DNA from: Phoronis australis
Taxonomy: Eukaryota > Animalia > Phoronida
NCBI GenBank assembly: GCA_002633005.1
Contig: NMRA01000058.1
Span: 474,916 to 538,915, forward strand
DNA length: 64,000 nt
Direction: 5' to 3'
Shown: piece after piece, positions 26,588-40,200 of the stretch
Numbering within the stretch: position 1 is the stretch's first letter
How the letters are laid out: each line of letters opens with the position of its first letter
Position numbers and translations under genes: made by a program
The notes under the pieces: generated by a model
Told to the model about the DNA's origin: nothing
Database searches by the model: none
The model's input: the letters and a program-made list of their open reading frames with translations, nothing else

Positions 26588-29500
26588 TTAAGTGACATTT
26601 ATGTTTCACTAATGAATGAGTAGCTTTAGTCTTGCAAACAAAACGGAAATTTTTTTAACTGATTCAATTGATTAAGGTTATGGAAATTAAGTAGTAGAGC
26701 ACAGATTTCAAAATGAGTTGGGTGACAGGTCAAAACCTGCATGTGCATGTAGCTGCCAAGACAATTGTCAGTTAATCGTTTTTATTTACTTTAATTACTT
26801 GAGACTTAGAAACACGTTTTTATGATTCTCTGTTAAAATTCTCACATCAGAGCAATTGTTTGATTGAGAGAAGTAAATTTTTATTTTGGCTACATGAACT
26901 GAAACTAAATAATTGAGATATAGGCACTAAGTAAGAGATGTATTGGATATTAGAGGTTTGCCATTGCCACCCGTCATCTACCCGTAGTGTCTCTGCAGTA
27001 TGGTTTAACTGTTCTGCTCATAGGACTAAAAATCAAATTTCAGCTATGAGTTAATGAGATGATAGATATTTGGCTATCACAAACAGTACAAATTGGAAAG
27101 TGAAATAGTACTCACCTTTGCTAAGGAGTTAAGACCCTATTGAGTGACATAAGCTACTTCGTGAAAGCCATTCAAACCGTCACAATACTGCAGAGGTTAT
27201 GAGTTTGAAGCCTTTGATAAATGTATGTTGGTGCTGGACGATATTCCCACGTGCCAAATAATGTAAAAAATTTAAATTGCATTTACAATGAAACACTGTA
27301 TTCATAGATGTAGGTACTATTATGTTATGAGAAAGTCACAATGCTTTGTAATCATTATTTTTCTTCAGTGAATAGACTTCCAACAAGTTTCCTGGTAGTT
27401 TTCGTATTTCTGGAGTTTTCATTAGTGTATCGAATAACACCCTTATTAATGCTCTTAGTCAAAAGCATATTAAATTTTCTAAAGACTATGGCTAATTATC
27501 TAAGAAAGCATTCATGTATTTCGTGAGCAACAAGCTCAATACAAAATTCAAATTTACTTAATTTATTTCATAACTTCTAACTGGATATTTCTCAACTTTT
27601 TTAGTACAGAAGAAGACTTTGAAAACATGCATGATGAAGTGAAAAGACTGTTATAACTCTTGGGAGCTAATGCTCACTGACCCACCAACACTGTGCTGGT
27701 CATCAGTTCCTGTTGTGAACAGAATCAGTGCTCTGAAAAGTGCGGACTCCAGAGTTCTGCAGAGACCATGAAAGGCTGTACAATGCCGACATTTAAAGAT
27801 TTGGTATCACATGTGGACCGTGCTTTTCAGACAACTAATATTTTGCTGCTATAGCTATGTATGCCTGAAATTATTTTTTATCTTATCGCCTACATTTATT
27901 TAGCTAACTGGATATAAAATACTCATTTACCCTTCAACGTATGGATGTGTTCAACCAGTTCATAGTGTCATATGATTATTTCATGTACGAGGCTCAGCAT
28001 ACAAATGTTGAAAAAAACAATCTACAATTAGTCAGCATTAGATTCTTCAAAATGTTTACAAAGGCTGCTACTTTTCAAATGCCTAAGGCTCTGTTTTTGT
28101 TTTTCTTTGATTGATGCTGTATGATAACTGTAATATTTGTGCAAGTTTCGATTTCACGTTTCAAAATGTTCAGTTGTCTATGATTTGATTTTATTCGTGC
28201 ATGCGAGGTTGTTGAATGAAGATTGTGAACTATTCTTATCTCTTGAACAGGTTAACAACAATACATCCTATTTTTGAAAGTTATTTTTTGAAAATACTTA
28301 AAATTCAAATTATTCTGTATAGTTAGAAAAATTGAATGGCCATTGAACGGCTATTGAACGCCTATTGAATGGTTATTGAATATGGGATGATCCTGTACTG
28401 CATGGAGAATTGAATGGCTATTGAACGGCTATTGAATTCTTATTGAATGGCTATTGAATATGCTAATGAATTGAATCAATTCATTTACATGGCAAAAACT
28501 TCAATTAAATTTCAATTGAATCTCAATTGAACCTCAATTGAGTTTCAATTCCTATTCCACCTGAAAGTCCAGTGTACTTTTTCGTATGGGTGCCGGTCAA
28601 GCGGAAAGTGGTGTTGCAATTGCTGAGAAAATATTGCTACAGAACGATCCCGTGATGGCTTTGTTAAGCTATCCACACCAGTTTCAGCGACTGGTTTTAG
28701 TCCGTCCAAGTTGTTAATGGGTCGCGAACTCCGAACTGACATACCGACCATGCCCAATCAACTTCAGCCCCGGTGGCCAGACAAGGAAACTGTATCGAAA
28801 TGAGTTCAACACAGCAAGACTATAAACGTCAGTTCGACCAACGTCATGGTGTTTCACCTCTTCGGAATCTAGAAGTTGGCAGTAAAGTTCGTGTTAAACA
28901 TGACGGCAAAAAACAATGGTCTCAGCCTGCGACTGTCGTTCATGCATGCGCACGGTACGCCGAGATCGTATATTGTACGTACTGAAGATGGTAAAGAATA
29001 CCGCAAGAACAGACGTCATCATCAGAGCATACCGATACAACCATCACGTACGCCTGAGAAAACGCATTTGTCGAATTCAAAAGTATCTCCAGCAGAATCA
29101 TGCAGTCTGCAGCCAGCAGACAGCTACGAATGTGTCATCTGATATATCGTCTACTGTGGAATCTTCGAATCGCCCGACACAATCAGGACGACAGATCAAG
29201 GCGACTGTTTGGTCCAAAGATTATGTTTAGATTTAGGTACTAGTAGTTTATGTGCGAGGCAGTGTTGGGTTAAGAATGATACCCGCCTTGACACGACATT
29301 CCTTAAGGTAGTCCACCCCGGGTTTATAATATAGGCTTAGGCTTATAGAGTAATTGTTTAGTCGGTATTTTATAGCTACTTGTTTTATTTAGATACACTT
29401 TCATACGACTTGTTTGCTTGCGAAGTAACGTATCGGTATTAGACTGGATATTTGGACAATGACAGTTTATGCCATAGTGTCATGACATTGAGTACATGAG

Positions 29501-30435
29501 TACTTAGTTCAGACACTTGGACAATGGTTGCTTGTTTAACATTGTTAAATCTCGGAGGGGAGATGTTCCATAGTTGTATGGCTTCTTGTTTAGTATTTTG
29601 TGTTTTTGAGTTAACCTGGCAGACGGCGCTCAACAACTAAACAGTCATCACCTAGCTCCACCCCCAAATCGAAATCCCTTCAAAACTCCAACAAATGGTT
29701 TCTGACCTTCATAAATTTACATGCATTTACACCATTGTCAGACGATTGACTGTGGGTTTGTTTAAAAGGTAGCTATGCTTTGAGATTGTGCATAGATGGA
29801 CACTGAATAATCAAATCCAGTGATTAATTTATTATATGACAACCCCTAATTAGACAAGTGAAACCTGTTGTTAATTATAAGTATTTAATCAACTACAAAG
29901 AAGAGTAATTACGCTAGCACCCTCTTGAAAGATTACCTCAGTCATGCAACCAAAATAATCAAATGTCTCATCTGCTATCCAAGCTATAGGACTCTCCACT
30001 TGTTGGATGACTGTCCTGTTGGTGAATCTTAGAACTACACACACTGTATAGCGACAGTGTACTTGCTGGTCACCGTCTCTGGTGATGCAACTCTTGCAGG
30101 CAATTTCTTCAACCCGCGATTCTTCTTGCTGGTCGCAAGTCTCTGGCTCAGTGACGCAACACTTCAGGTAGTTTCTTAATTATGCAAGTGATAAGCTCTT
30201 AGTTAACTTCCTGTTCGTTAACCCTTGCCCTTGCCAAGATCCTTTCTAGAATCTTTCACGAGATGGCTCTGTCGTACAATTAATTTTCCTCTGTACACTA
30301 TAGCAAATATACTTCAACTACTATAGCTCATCTGACTGATGACTTAAGCTCATATTATAATCTTCTACTTATTTAGTGATTGGTTAATAAAAACCTCATG
30401 ATCATATCCAATCATATCATTGGCTGTTACAGTTT

Positions 30436-30870
30436 CCCATACGAAAAGGAAAAGTTTAGTTTCAATTGAGATTCAATTCAAATTGAAGTTCTATTGACTA
30501 TGTCTATTGAATGAAAATTCAATTGGCACTTCCCTTGCCGTCAATTGAATGGCTATTGAACGGCTATTGAACGGCTATTGAATTTCTGCACTTAGAAAAT
30601 TTTTAGCTGTTCTGTATTGAATGGCTATTGAATTCCAGGACTTAGAAAAATTTTGGCCGTTCGAAATTGAATAGTTATTGAATTTGAGGACTTAGAAAAT
30701 TTCAGGATGTCGTGGAATTGAATGGCTATTGAATTTCAAGACTTAGGGAATTTCTGGATGGTTTGATTTAACAAGTTACCAGCAATGTTTATTTTAAACA
30801 TGTGTTGCCAATTGGTTGTCAAGGTTACATCCCTGGAAAGTGACCTTTAAGATTTTCAAACCCTCTCAAA
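30436..30870. mobile_element. Family C element, second copy (left part only)
   Basis: Begins CCCATACGAAAAGG and is colinear with 23792-24172 plus 25168-25235, without the solo LTR. Confidence 0.8.
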
Positions 30871-32804
30871 ACTTTCCTGATAAAGCTCTGAACAACTGTT
30901 GAAGTATTGTCTGAGACAAAATCAGAGTAATATTGGGTGTTTCACCATGATTCATGCTTCATTGTCACCAATTTGTCTCTTTATTGTAATTATTCAGTGT
31001 CAGGTAAGGGACTGTCGTAAAAGACATTTAATGAATTTTACCCTTTTTGAAAAATAATCTTGCATCAACGGCGCACAATACCGGGGCTGTGGACTATAGC
31101 CCCCACTTATTTTGTTGCTGCACAGCCTATGTCTTGATGTTAGAAATTCGAATTTTGTTGCACGAGACATTGCTACAGTGGACGAACATATTAGTGTACC
31201 CTCTGGCACCGTCAGCAGATCTCGGGCAGACACAGCATGTGGAAGCTCGTGTGCCAACTTTCCCGGTCAGCTGTAGTTATGCTCTGATCGGCCAAACTGA
31301 AAAATAATTTGTGATTCTAATGTTCGATCGTCTGCATTCCTGTCCTGCTATGGGACAAAATGACCATTGCCTTTCTTTGGTGCTTCGGAGGTCCATCTGA
31401 GGTCCATCTTTCAGAAAACGAGTGTTGCTCCTGACTCGATTATATAACGTATTCGCCGTAATAACCGCTCATGCCCCATATAAGCGCCCCCCACGTGTTT
31501 TCAGACTGTGCAGAAATAAGCGCCCAGTCCATGAACGTGTACATGCGAACAATGACATACCTGCTGTTATAAAACTCGGCTACAGTAACGTCTTCAATTT
31601 ATCAAAAAAAGTTTTGCACGGGTCTTCTAGACCACCAGCGGCACTGCTACGTTTGTATTTAGCCGTGACTATACACTTCAAAGTAACGCAGTGCTTCAAA
31701 GAGAACGCAACAACGCAACAACCGTGTCCAACTATGGTCTGACCTTTCAGTAGACTCATCGACTGACTCATGAATAAAAATAACTCGGTGTTAAACGCAC
31801 GTGGCCAGGAAGCGCGCGCTACATATATGAACCTGTCATCAAAGACAATAATCGGGAACTATCCATTCATGAAACGGGTAGCATAGCATCGGTAAGAAAT
31901 GAATATTGGCACTAATTTCCGACAATTTCTCATACTATAAAACATGTTTGCGTTATTTTTGAGATGGATTGTTTGATTAACCATAACTGGTATTTTTAAA
32001 CCGAATATCCGATAAAATGACAACTGACAGTGAATGCTTACACACCCTTACACCGAAAATAACTGTCAGATAGTTATGTACGCATCCAGCTACACGGCGG
32101 CTAATATGGGCCTTGCCAAGACAAATGTCGAACGTTTTTAGCACATTAGACCGGCAAGTGCTGAATGAAACATGCTCAGGTTTAGGATGTGGGGGTCATG
32201 GGAGTCAAGGGGTTGTGGGTCGACGGGGTCATGGTTCGAGGGGACCAACGGATGTGGGGGTCGGGAAAGTCGAGGGGGTTTTAGAACAATCCTTCTCTGA
32301 AGCTTTACTGCTCATAGTTGAAATAGATTTTACCGCTGAGAGGCATATTCTAAAACAAAAAAATCAAAATGAACTACAGGAATTCTGGAAACCATGGGAA
32401 CCCATCTTTGTTGACTACGTTATCCATTGACCGATATTGTGCATATATTACACACCTAAAAGAGGTCTGAACTACATGTTTCAGCATTTTAATATGAATT
32501 TTGAATGTATAAAGGTTGGTTACTGGCATCCCCATATTCCTAAATAGTGCACAGTATTTTTCTTTAATTTTTACTTTGAAAAATAAAAACTTATTAGTTT
32601 CGTAAAGCCCCACTGCAAGCGCTGTTTTTCGTGACATCACTGAGGCTGTACAGCACAAAGAGATATTAGTCATTAGCCGTGCAAGTACGTAGTCCAATCG
32701 ACAGATCAAAATGTGCATACTCACAACATTTTTCGTTTTTCTTTCCTGTCCCTTACAAAAATGAACTTAAGTTTTCATCGAAAAACTTAAGTTTTTGGTC
32801 TGAA

Positions 32805-33563
32805 ATGAACTACCCGGGCTGTGTGAAATTTCTGGGTCTAACGGAGACACTGACGCAATGGTCAGCCAGCTCGCTGTATCACGACTATAGTCAAAATCCA
32901 AATTCGTTTTATCGTGTCCCTCAATAATAACGGCATGCTAAAGTTTCGTAATTTTCGTACTTCAGGAACATTACAATCACGTGTTTTGTACACATACACG
33001 CACGCCGCAGATCACATCTCGGAAATTGCCGATTTGATGGATGACAATGAATGAGCACAATGACATTAAACAACATCGTTTTACAGCTTGTAAGATTCAT
33101 AATAAACGTATTTTGAATATTGCAATGCATGTGTTCCAAAATCTAAATAACTTGGATCCTATATTTTTGTATTCGTGCGTGCCGATTGAAAGTAATCGTG
33201 AGTGATGCTGTGTTGCAAAATCTCTTATCCTGGGCCGATTTGAAAAATTCAAAGTTGTACTCATATTTGTTTTCCCTCCTCTTTTCAAATATTACAGTAA
33301 AAACTACTTAAAACTTTCTCCATAAGAAGTACAGTCTGCTAGGTAGATTGTAATCAGCTGATCATATCCGCATGAGCGAAGCCAATTATCCTCGCTCGTG
33401 ACTCGATGAATAGAGCAGCTTGGCGGCATCCCTTTGATCGTGAGCCGAGCACGACTCAGCCAAGGTGGATAAATACGATCTAGTTCAATTTTCCAAACCC
33501 CACCGTTTACCTTGACAAGCGGGGTTTGGACCAATCTTATTTAGTGGGACTGTTTATAGCATG
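32805..33563 (-). mobile_element. Family A element, partial inverted copy
   Basis: Reverse complement of about 49177-49890. Retains the CATGCTATAAACA terminus at 33563. Confidence 0.85.
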
Positions 33564-33616
33564 GTAACAAAAAATTCAAGGACGAGTAAGAAGCCAAAAA
33601 ATCATGGAATGTAAGA

Positions 33617-34343
33617 TACTTGCAGAAAATTCCTTTCATTAAGTAAAAAAATCTGAACGTGTAAGATACCTGGTTTTCACCAAGTTATAAAGACCAACTT
33701 TTTAGAATGTGTGGAGTTTCATAGGGTATTCATCTATTCTAATTTTTTCATAAATAAGTGGGCATGTGGTCCAGTGGTGGAGGTACATTCTTCATTAAAA
33801 ATTCAGATTTCAAGGATGTTTACAAAAAGCGTGTCAAACTCATAATGATCCAACTGCCAAGTGAAACTTGCAGGTACAAAGGGTTTTCTGAAGAAGGCTT
33901 GTGGCGGCAATTTCTCAATTTTTCTCTTTGCGGATCCAATAGCTCCACTATCATTCAAGAAATTTGGTATGTGGATAAATCTCACAAAGTGTTGGTGGAT
34001 AGGGCTTACAGGTCTTGAGATATTCAACATTTTTTGAAAACTACTCTGTCGAATGATTCATCACTGCAATTTTTTGGTTTACCACCTATTGTACAGTTAT
34101 GTTCTTTTAACATCGTTGATAACTCAATCATTTTCATCATTTATGTCATATTCATTATCAATATCATCTTTATCATTAATGGCATGTTCATAACACTTAG
34201 TCATCGTACACTTTGCATCCAATTTCACCAAGTGTTGTGCAAAGCTGTGTTAATTATAACTTTTGTCTTAGCCGTTCTTAATTGTTATTGCATTGTTTAT
34301 CATTCAATTTTGCCAGGTGTTGTTCCCTTCAAGCACATTCATT
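33617..34343 (-). mobile_element. HINE family H1, diverged inverted copy 3
   Basis: 34305-34343 resembles the reverse complement of the H1 start. ATC-rich tract at about 34120-34190. Confidence 0.5.
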
Positions 34344-34446
34344 TTATTAGTTATTCTTGTTTAGAGAAATACCTAATAAATGGAAAATTTGAATGTAAAA
34401 AAGAAAACGCCACACAAATTAAAAGATTAATAATGTCGGACTATAC

Positions 34447-34503
34447 CTGAAATCTGTTGCCTTTCCTTTTCTATTAACTTGACAAACTGCTGATTCTCAA
34501 ACT
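34447..34503 (-). CDS. SIX6OS1: SIX6OS1/C14orf39-like gene, coding exon 2 (57 nt, phase 1-1): (E)FENQQFVKLIEKERQQIS
   Basis: Acceptor ttgtcattgcag| and donor |gtatag. Open frame, in phase with exons 1 and 3. Confidence 0.8.
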
Positions 34504-36346
34504 CTGCAATGACAAAACAATCATGGCATGGTGCATTCAATAAACAATGGGGCACCTGAAGGAATTTCACTCACACAAGGACGTTGCGCCCAAGTCAGAT
34601 GACAATTGTCAGTTTGGTCAGCAGCCATGGATGGTAAAAATAGAATCTGTTATGAATTACTCGAATCATGCTGTAAACATGGCAAAATCCAACTGCTGCC
34701 TTAGGCGGCCGTATGGTAACTGGCCCAATATAAGTTGCACATCCAGCAGAATTAATGAGGAACACTTTATTGCAACATTAAACAAATCTTTTAGGTTGTA
34801 AAAGTTGCATTTCTTGTCGAATTTTCAAAATTTAAATACCTCACCACATAAACATTTCATGAACTATTCAAATATGCAATTTTAAAAATGTTCAAATTAA
34901 AAATTTAAAAACACTTCTGTCGCACCTGAGTGTTTATGATGCACCTGATTATCTAGAGAACAATAATATCAGTATACCGAGGTGATTTAATTAACCACAA
35001 AAACATGTTGTCTTTGACCTAAACCAGCAGATTCTGAGGTACGTAAACCGGTCAAGTTGCCCAATATTGACCAGTCATGATGTCAACGTAGGATTCTTTT
35101 CATGCAATTAATTACTGATTAACTAAAAATTACAAACATTGGTTTGGTATTGAAGATAAACAACATGTTGCTAGGATTTACAAAAGATGATCATAATTTA
35201 CAATATGACATGGTTCATTCTTTTAGAAATGAACTAAACTATGTTACGGCAAAAACACACGGTTACCAAATTAGATGTCAATAGATTTTAAGACACCGTT
35301 TATCACCCGGTTGTGTCGAATTCAGGGTGTAGCACACTAACGGGAAAAGTGTGGTAATCTGCTTGTGACGAAACACTTGTCGTGAAGACCAACTATGCCT
35401 AGTTTCAAAGTTAATAAGATAATCCAAGCAATAGATGAGAACTGGGTCGATGAGCGAAGGCTGACTTCCAAGTTCCGTTGACAATCAAAATCTGCCAGTC
35501 CATCAGCGTTCTGTCGTTCAGTAACTTTTCCAGACGAGAGGGGTGCTGAACATGCGATAACATCTGGCTCTTTTGTTAACTCCCCAGCTCAGTCTTTTGT
35601 CCCGTATGATAACAAGCAGGCCAATTATCTCCCAGGCTTCAAAGGAAACGTATGGAGGTTGCACGCTATTACCGAACGTGTATGAACACAGTCAAACCCA
35701 GTGCGGCGTTGGTAATCCGTTTGGACAGAACAGGTTGTCTTAACGTCCGTCGTTGTTGGGCGATTTTGACGATTCAAAAACGGAACATGATCAGCATTTG
35801 ACGAGGAATTCATAAATGCTATTGGTTTAAGCTCAAATATGTTGTAACTTAACTTTCATTTTTATCAGCCCAGCCCAGTCAGGCTAGATACGATCTGGTC
35901 AGAGATTAGAGAAATTATCAAACAAAAGAGCGCAAGCCCTCCAACCATGAATGCCAGCATGGAGTTAATCAGTCCTGTAAGATATTGGCTAAGGGGGTAA
36001 ACTTCCTAACTTGTTGTTGGGCTATAGAATCAAACAAGTTAGGAGCAACGGGATGTCGCTATCATGGACTTGGCACTTCAGGCTTAAAAATGAAATCAAA
36101 ACATAGCAACCCAGCAGGAAACAAAACATTTAGTAGACTGGAGTATTAACGATATAACGACAAAACAGTTATGGAATATATTTTTAAAACCAATGATTGT
36201 TTGGAAATGACCCTTTGTCAAGATCAATACAAATTGCCTTTTTTAGTTAAATGTACCATATCAAAACTGTATTTTCCACATATTAGCCTGCAATTCTGTG
36301 AAAATGTCAGAGAAAATTGATTTCGGTGTAATAACCACCACCACTG

Positions 36347-37057
36347 GCCGGGTGAGAATTTGACACGTTTGACACATTCTAAAACGTGGAGTATTGGAAC
36401 GCCCTAAAAGCGTGTCAAACGTGTAAAACGTGGCGTGTTAAACGTGTAAAAGTGGCTTGTCGAACGGGTAAAATGTAGCGTGTCAAACGTGTCAAAATTT
36501 TTGTTCTAATACTCTACGTTTGACATTCTAAGCGTGTCAAATGTGGCGATAAGCGTGTAAAATGTGGCGATAGCGTGTCGAACGTGGCGTGCCAAAACGT
36601 GGCAAAAACGTGTCATGTTTGTTCCAATACTCCACGTTTGACATGCTCAGCGTGTCAAACGTATAAATTAGACCAAACGTGGCACTTTTGAAAAGCTAGC
36701 CAAACCAACTTTAACTCTGTCAGTATTTGGATATATGAAAGGGCAGGGAAATCTTTTGTTGCAAAATCTTTGATGTTATTAAGTGAACATGTTTAGTCAT
36801 TCAAATTGGGTGACTACCTCCCAGTGGTCTTTTCAGAACTGCCAAGCCTATTTAAATTGTATCTTTATTGAAGAGTTCTATCATATTTTACATGTTTGAT
36901 ATGCTAGCGTGTCAAATTTTACACGTTTGACACGCTAGCGTATAAAATTTTACATGTTTGACATGCTAACGTGTCATGTTTTTACACGTTTTACATGTTA
37001 GCCTGGCAATTTTGACACTATTACACGTTTTTTACATGTGTAAAATTCTCACCCGAG
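36347..37057 (-). mobile_element. MITE family M, copy 2 (inverted relative to copy 1)
   Basis: Termini gccgggtgagaattt / aaattctcacccgag and 2-bp TSD TG. The core is the reverse complement of about 17000-17170. Confidence 0.8.
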
Positions 37058-37268
37058 TGTACAGAAAGTAGTGCTAGCCATTACCATTTTGCTTCATTAG
37101 CTTGAATACAAAGAGCATGCTAAATAGGCATTATAAAAGTTGTCGGAGGGCAAACGGAATCTTAAGAAGACCCGTGTAAGCAAGAAATTCTCTATATGTA
37201 GTACACTGCGCAATTTGTTGTGAATGACTAATTTTTTGGGTTTATAATGTACACTCTGTAAAACACAT

Positions 37269-40200
37269 CAGGGCTCGACAATAAAGTCCTGGTCTCAAAC
37301 TGCCCATGTGGTTCCAGCATCCGAAAATACTTACTACAAAAAATCTTATTTTCGACACCCTTTCTTTATATTCTTTTTGCCTTTCTTGCCAAAAGCGATT
37401 TTTTAACAGTACTTGACCCTTCCCTGTGAGCGTATAATTACTGGCTGTCATCGATTATTTCCGTACCCACATTTCCAGCTCATCAGTTCAGGAACTTGTC
37501 CTGAACGCCGCCATTTTCCTTGTAACTGAATGTGCTATTGCTTGCTCGAATAGTCTTCATTATTTTGTTCTATTAGTAATGTCTCGTGATTCGTTTGTGT
37601 GTGTAGTGTATTTATAGTTTGTAGTTAGTGGTCGTTGAATTCTTTTGGAATGTTACGCGTACTTTTTATGTTGATATAACATTGGTGTTTAGTTCCTTAC
37701 GTAGGGCGGTCGAACCTAAGGAACCAATATGACCGAGTCGAACCAATTTTTTCCGTTTTGATTTTTTTCTCAGGGAAAGCAGTGTAAAGTTATTGCAATT
37801 CTTGTGGCGAAACTTGGGTCACTTTGTTTGGATCGCGTCCGCCATATTGGAGGACAGCGGTAAAAGTTACGAGTTTTAAAGTTGGTGTAAATTGTTTTCG
37901 CCAACAATTTACAGTGAAATTTAGTGAGACATATCTCTACTTACTATTCTGCACGATTCAACAGTGTTCACCAAATTTCAGCCTAGAAGTTGTTACTCAT
38001 TAAGTAATAAATGTGCTCACAATTCGCATTGGACTTCGTCTCATTTCTGGCGGCACTGACAACATGGTGACTTTTGCTGAACTGGAAGGCATGTTCAACC
38101 TGTTACTTTGTAATTTGTGAAGATTAAACGTTGATACATTTTGACAAACGTTGCTACAAAAAAGAAACTTTGTTCAATTTTCGTGTTTTTTGTTCAGAAT
38201 ATAATTCGAATTATTTTACTGTGAATTTCCCATTCACGTGATCTTACACTAAGCTAAAAAATACTTGAAATAATTTTGAAATGGGTTTTTGTTTGACTAT
38301 CAACTGCTGTTCAAGGCTTGATTAGGTGTCACAAAATGATTCATATTTTTCTAAATTTTAAGTCTCAATTGCTTTCAAGTCATGTTTTGCAACTCCTTCT
38401 TAATTCAGGTTATCAAGTCAACAATACGAATAATCTTAATTTGAGAAATAAGCTATGTTTGATTGTGAAGCTTCAAGCCTCTAATTCTTGTTCCTTGCAA
38501 CTTCATATTTTTTTAATCATGCTTGTCAAATTCTGGTCTAAGGAATCACTATTCCGTCACCATCGTAATAGTTACATATGTGTCCACTTTCATATCCTGG
38601 AAACTTTTGCTGTTGAATAGTGTTTGTAATGCTACATGTTGGAAAGTATTGTGCACTTTAAGTTACTTATTATGTTAAAAGGTTGAATCATTTTGGCTTA
38701 ATGAATAAAAAATGATAACATTTTGTGCTGGACTTGTCATGCTTATATGCTCGAACGAGCCCCCTATTTGGAGAAATGGAAAAAGGTCTGCCTCAGTCAG
38801 AGAAGCACGAACTCCAAAAAAAGTAGAAAACGAGACGATATTCCAGTAGAAGACACGAAGTACCAAAATTTAGCGTCTGCAATTCATAACTTTGAACATA
38901 CCCAGTGAATCTTATAGTAAAAGATGAGACATTCCCAAAAATTCCAGCTCCCCCCATTTTTTTAAGCTTGGTGTGCACATACAAAGTCTGGGAAAATCTC
39001 TGTTGAAAGCCAACAATTTTGCACAGTTCGCCAGAAGTACCCAAGTTCTAAATAAACCTCTTTTGAGCGAGCGCTGTGGCCAGCGACCAGGTAAGCCTAA
39101 GGGTAGCCTTGGCACAAAGCTGTATGAGCCTACTAACAAGCCAGCTGTATTTTGACGGTAGTCTCGGCATACTGGTAGCTGGCACTGAAGCCAGCTAAAG
39201 GCTGCCGCGGCAGTGTGACACAGGATTAACCAGCCCGCAATTTTATGCAAGTGTCTGAAACTACCTTTGAATATATACGGCATTTATGATTTGAACATTT
39301 TACTTCGACAAAACAGCTTGCAACCGCATGCCTTTACCGTTCGCCAGTGTCTTGTCTCGATCCGTACCGGGTCCAATTGGCTGCGGTCCCGAGTCCGGAA
39401 AAATAATTTCTGTCAAAATTTCTTCGCCAAATTTCTTCAAAAAATTTGATAAAATTGTCCGTATTTTGATTTCATTAAAATTAAGGTGCGCTGTCCATTA
39501 TTTTATCCCCGCTTGCAGGCTAGTAACAGGCACTCGTCCATTCTGCAGACGGTGTTTTCGTAGCTTGGGTTCCTGAATGAATTGTACTTCTGGGTTCGCA
39601 GCAAGTTCAAAATGGCGGTGGTTCTTCGGGTGCGAATTGTGATTGGCGCGTTCATTTAAACTTTTTCTGAGTACGGATCGTGTATTAATTATGGGGTAGG
39701 TACTTCTTGGATCCTTATAACATGCTCTAACCATGTAATAAGGGTTAACAACGTGTGAGACCAGGACTTTAACGGTAGTCCGAGCTGCTCGGGACAAACA
39801 ATTTTTTGGTCCAGACAAGCTCACGGCCGAGCAACTTGTCCGACAGGACAAGTTAATGAATTTTTGGAAACTATAGTAAATCTGAATGATCAGAACTTTG
39901 TAGCAGTTATAACTCACTTGTTTAGTCATCAGTGTCGATAAGATGTGGCATAAATCGGCAAGGTGTTATTTAAATTATGCAGGAGCTCATGATTGGATGC
40001 GATCCGAGGCAGTGTCTTACATTCGAATAGTTCTAGCCAAAGTGACGTGTTCTCATTTAAATACATGACAGTATATCTCACGTAATCTGGGAAAGTTTTG
40101 ATTTTAGTTAGGTCCTAGCGTAGTTCCAAGCGTTTTTAATGCACGCCAGGTTCCTGACGATTCGTCTCATTTGTCTTGGTTCAACGCATATTTTTACTGG

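Larger units (their letters stand above)
23792..28590. mobile_element. CCC..GGG-terminus CACTA/EnSpm-like non-autonomous element, family C, nested in Gypsy integrase
   Basis: TIR CCCATAC(A/G)AAAAG / CTTTTTCGTATGGG with dense ATTGAA subterminal repeats at both ends. The TSD is not clean. It hosts a solo LTR and a Kolobok copy. Confidence 0.75.
20568..29230 (+). pseudogene. Gypsy gag-pol pseudogene, interrupted by a 4.8-kb insertion in integrase
   Basis: Gag with Cys/His knuckles (CGQCG..H....CPA...CNRCH), protease FKIDTGAD, RT (DGSVRICGD, LPFGISCASEIFQR), RNase H (CDASSYGIG, YAQIEKECLA, TDHKPL) and integrase (DYYSKWLEV, SNNGPPF, PQANG|QAESGV). Many frameshifts. Confidence 0.93.
20408..29643 (+). 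mobile_element. Degenerate full-length Gypsy (Mag-like) LTR retrotransposon with 80-bp LTRs
   Basis: LTRs at 20408-20487 and 29564-29643 (TG..CA, 6 differences). TSD GTCAT on both sides, PBS, and PPT ggaggggaga at 29554-29563. gag/PR/RT/RH/IN remnants. Confidence 0.95.

Noticed and set aside
29867-30431. Possible second solo LTR
   Set aside because: TG..CA ends are possible, but there is no TSD support.
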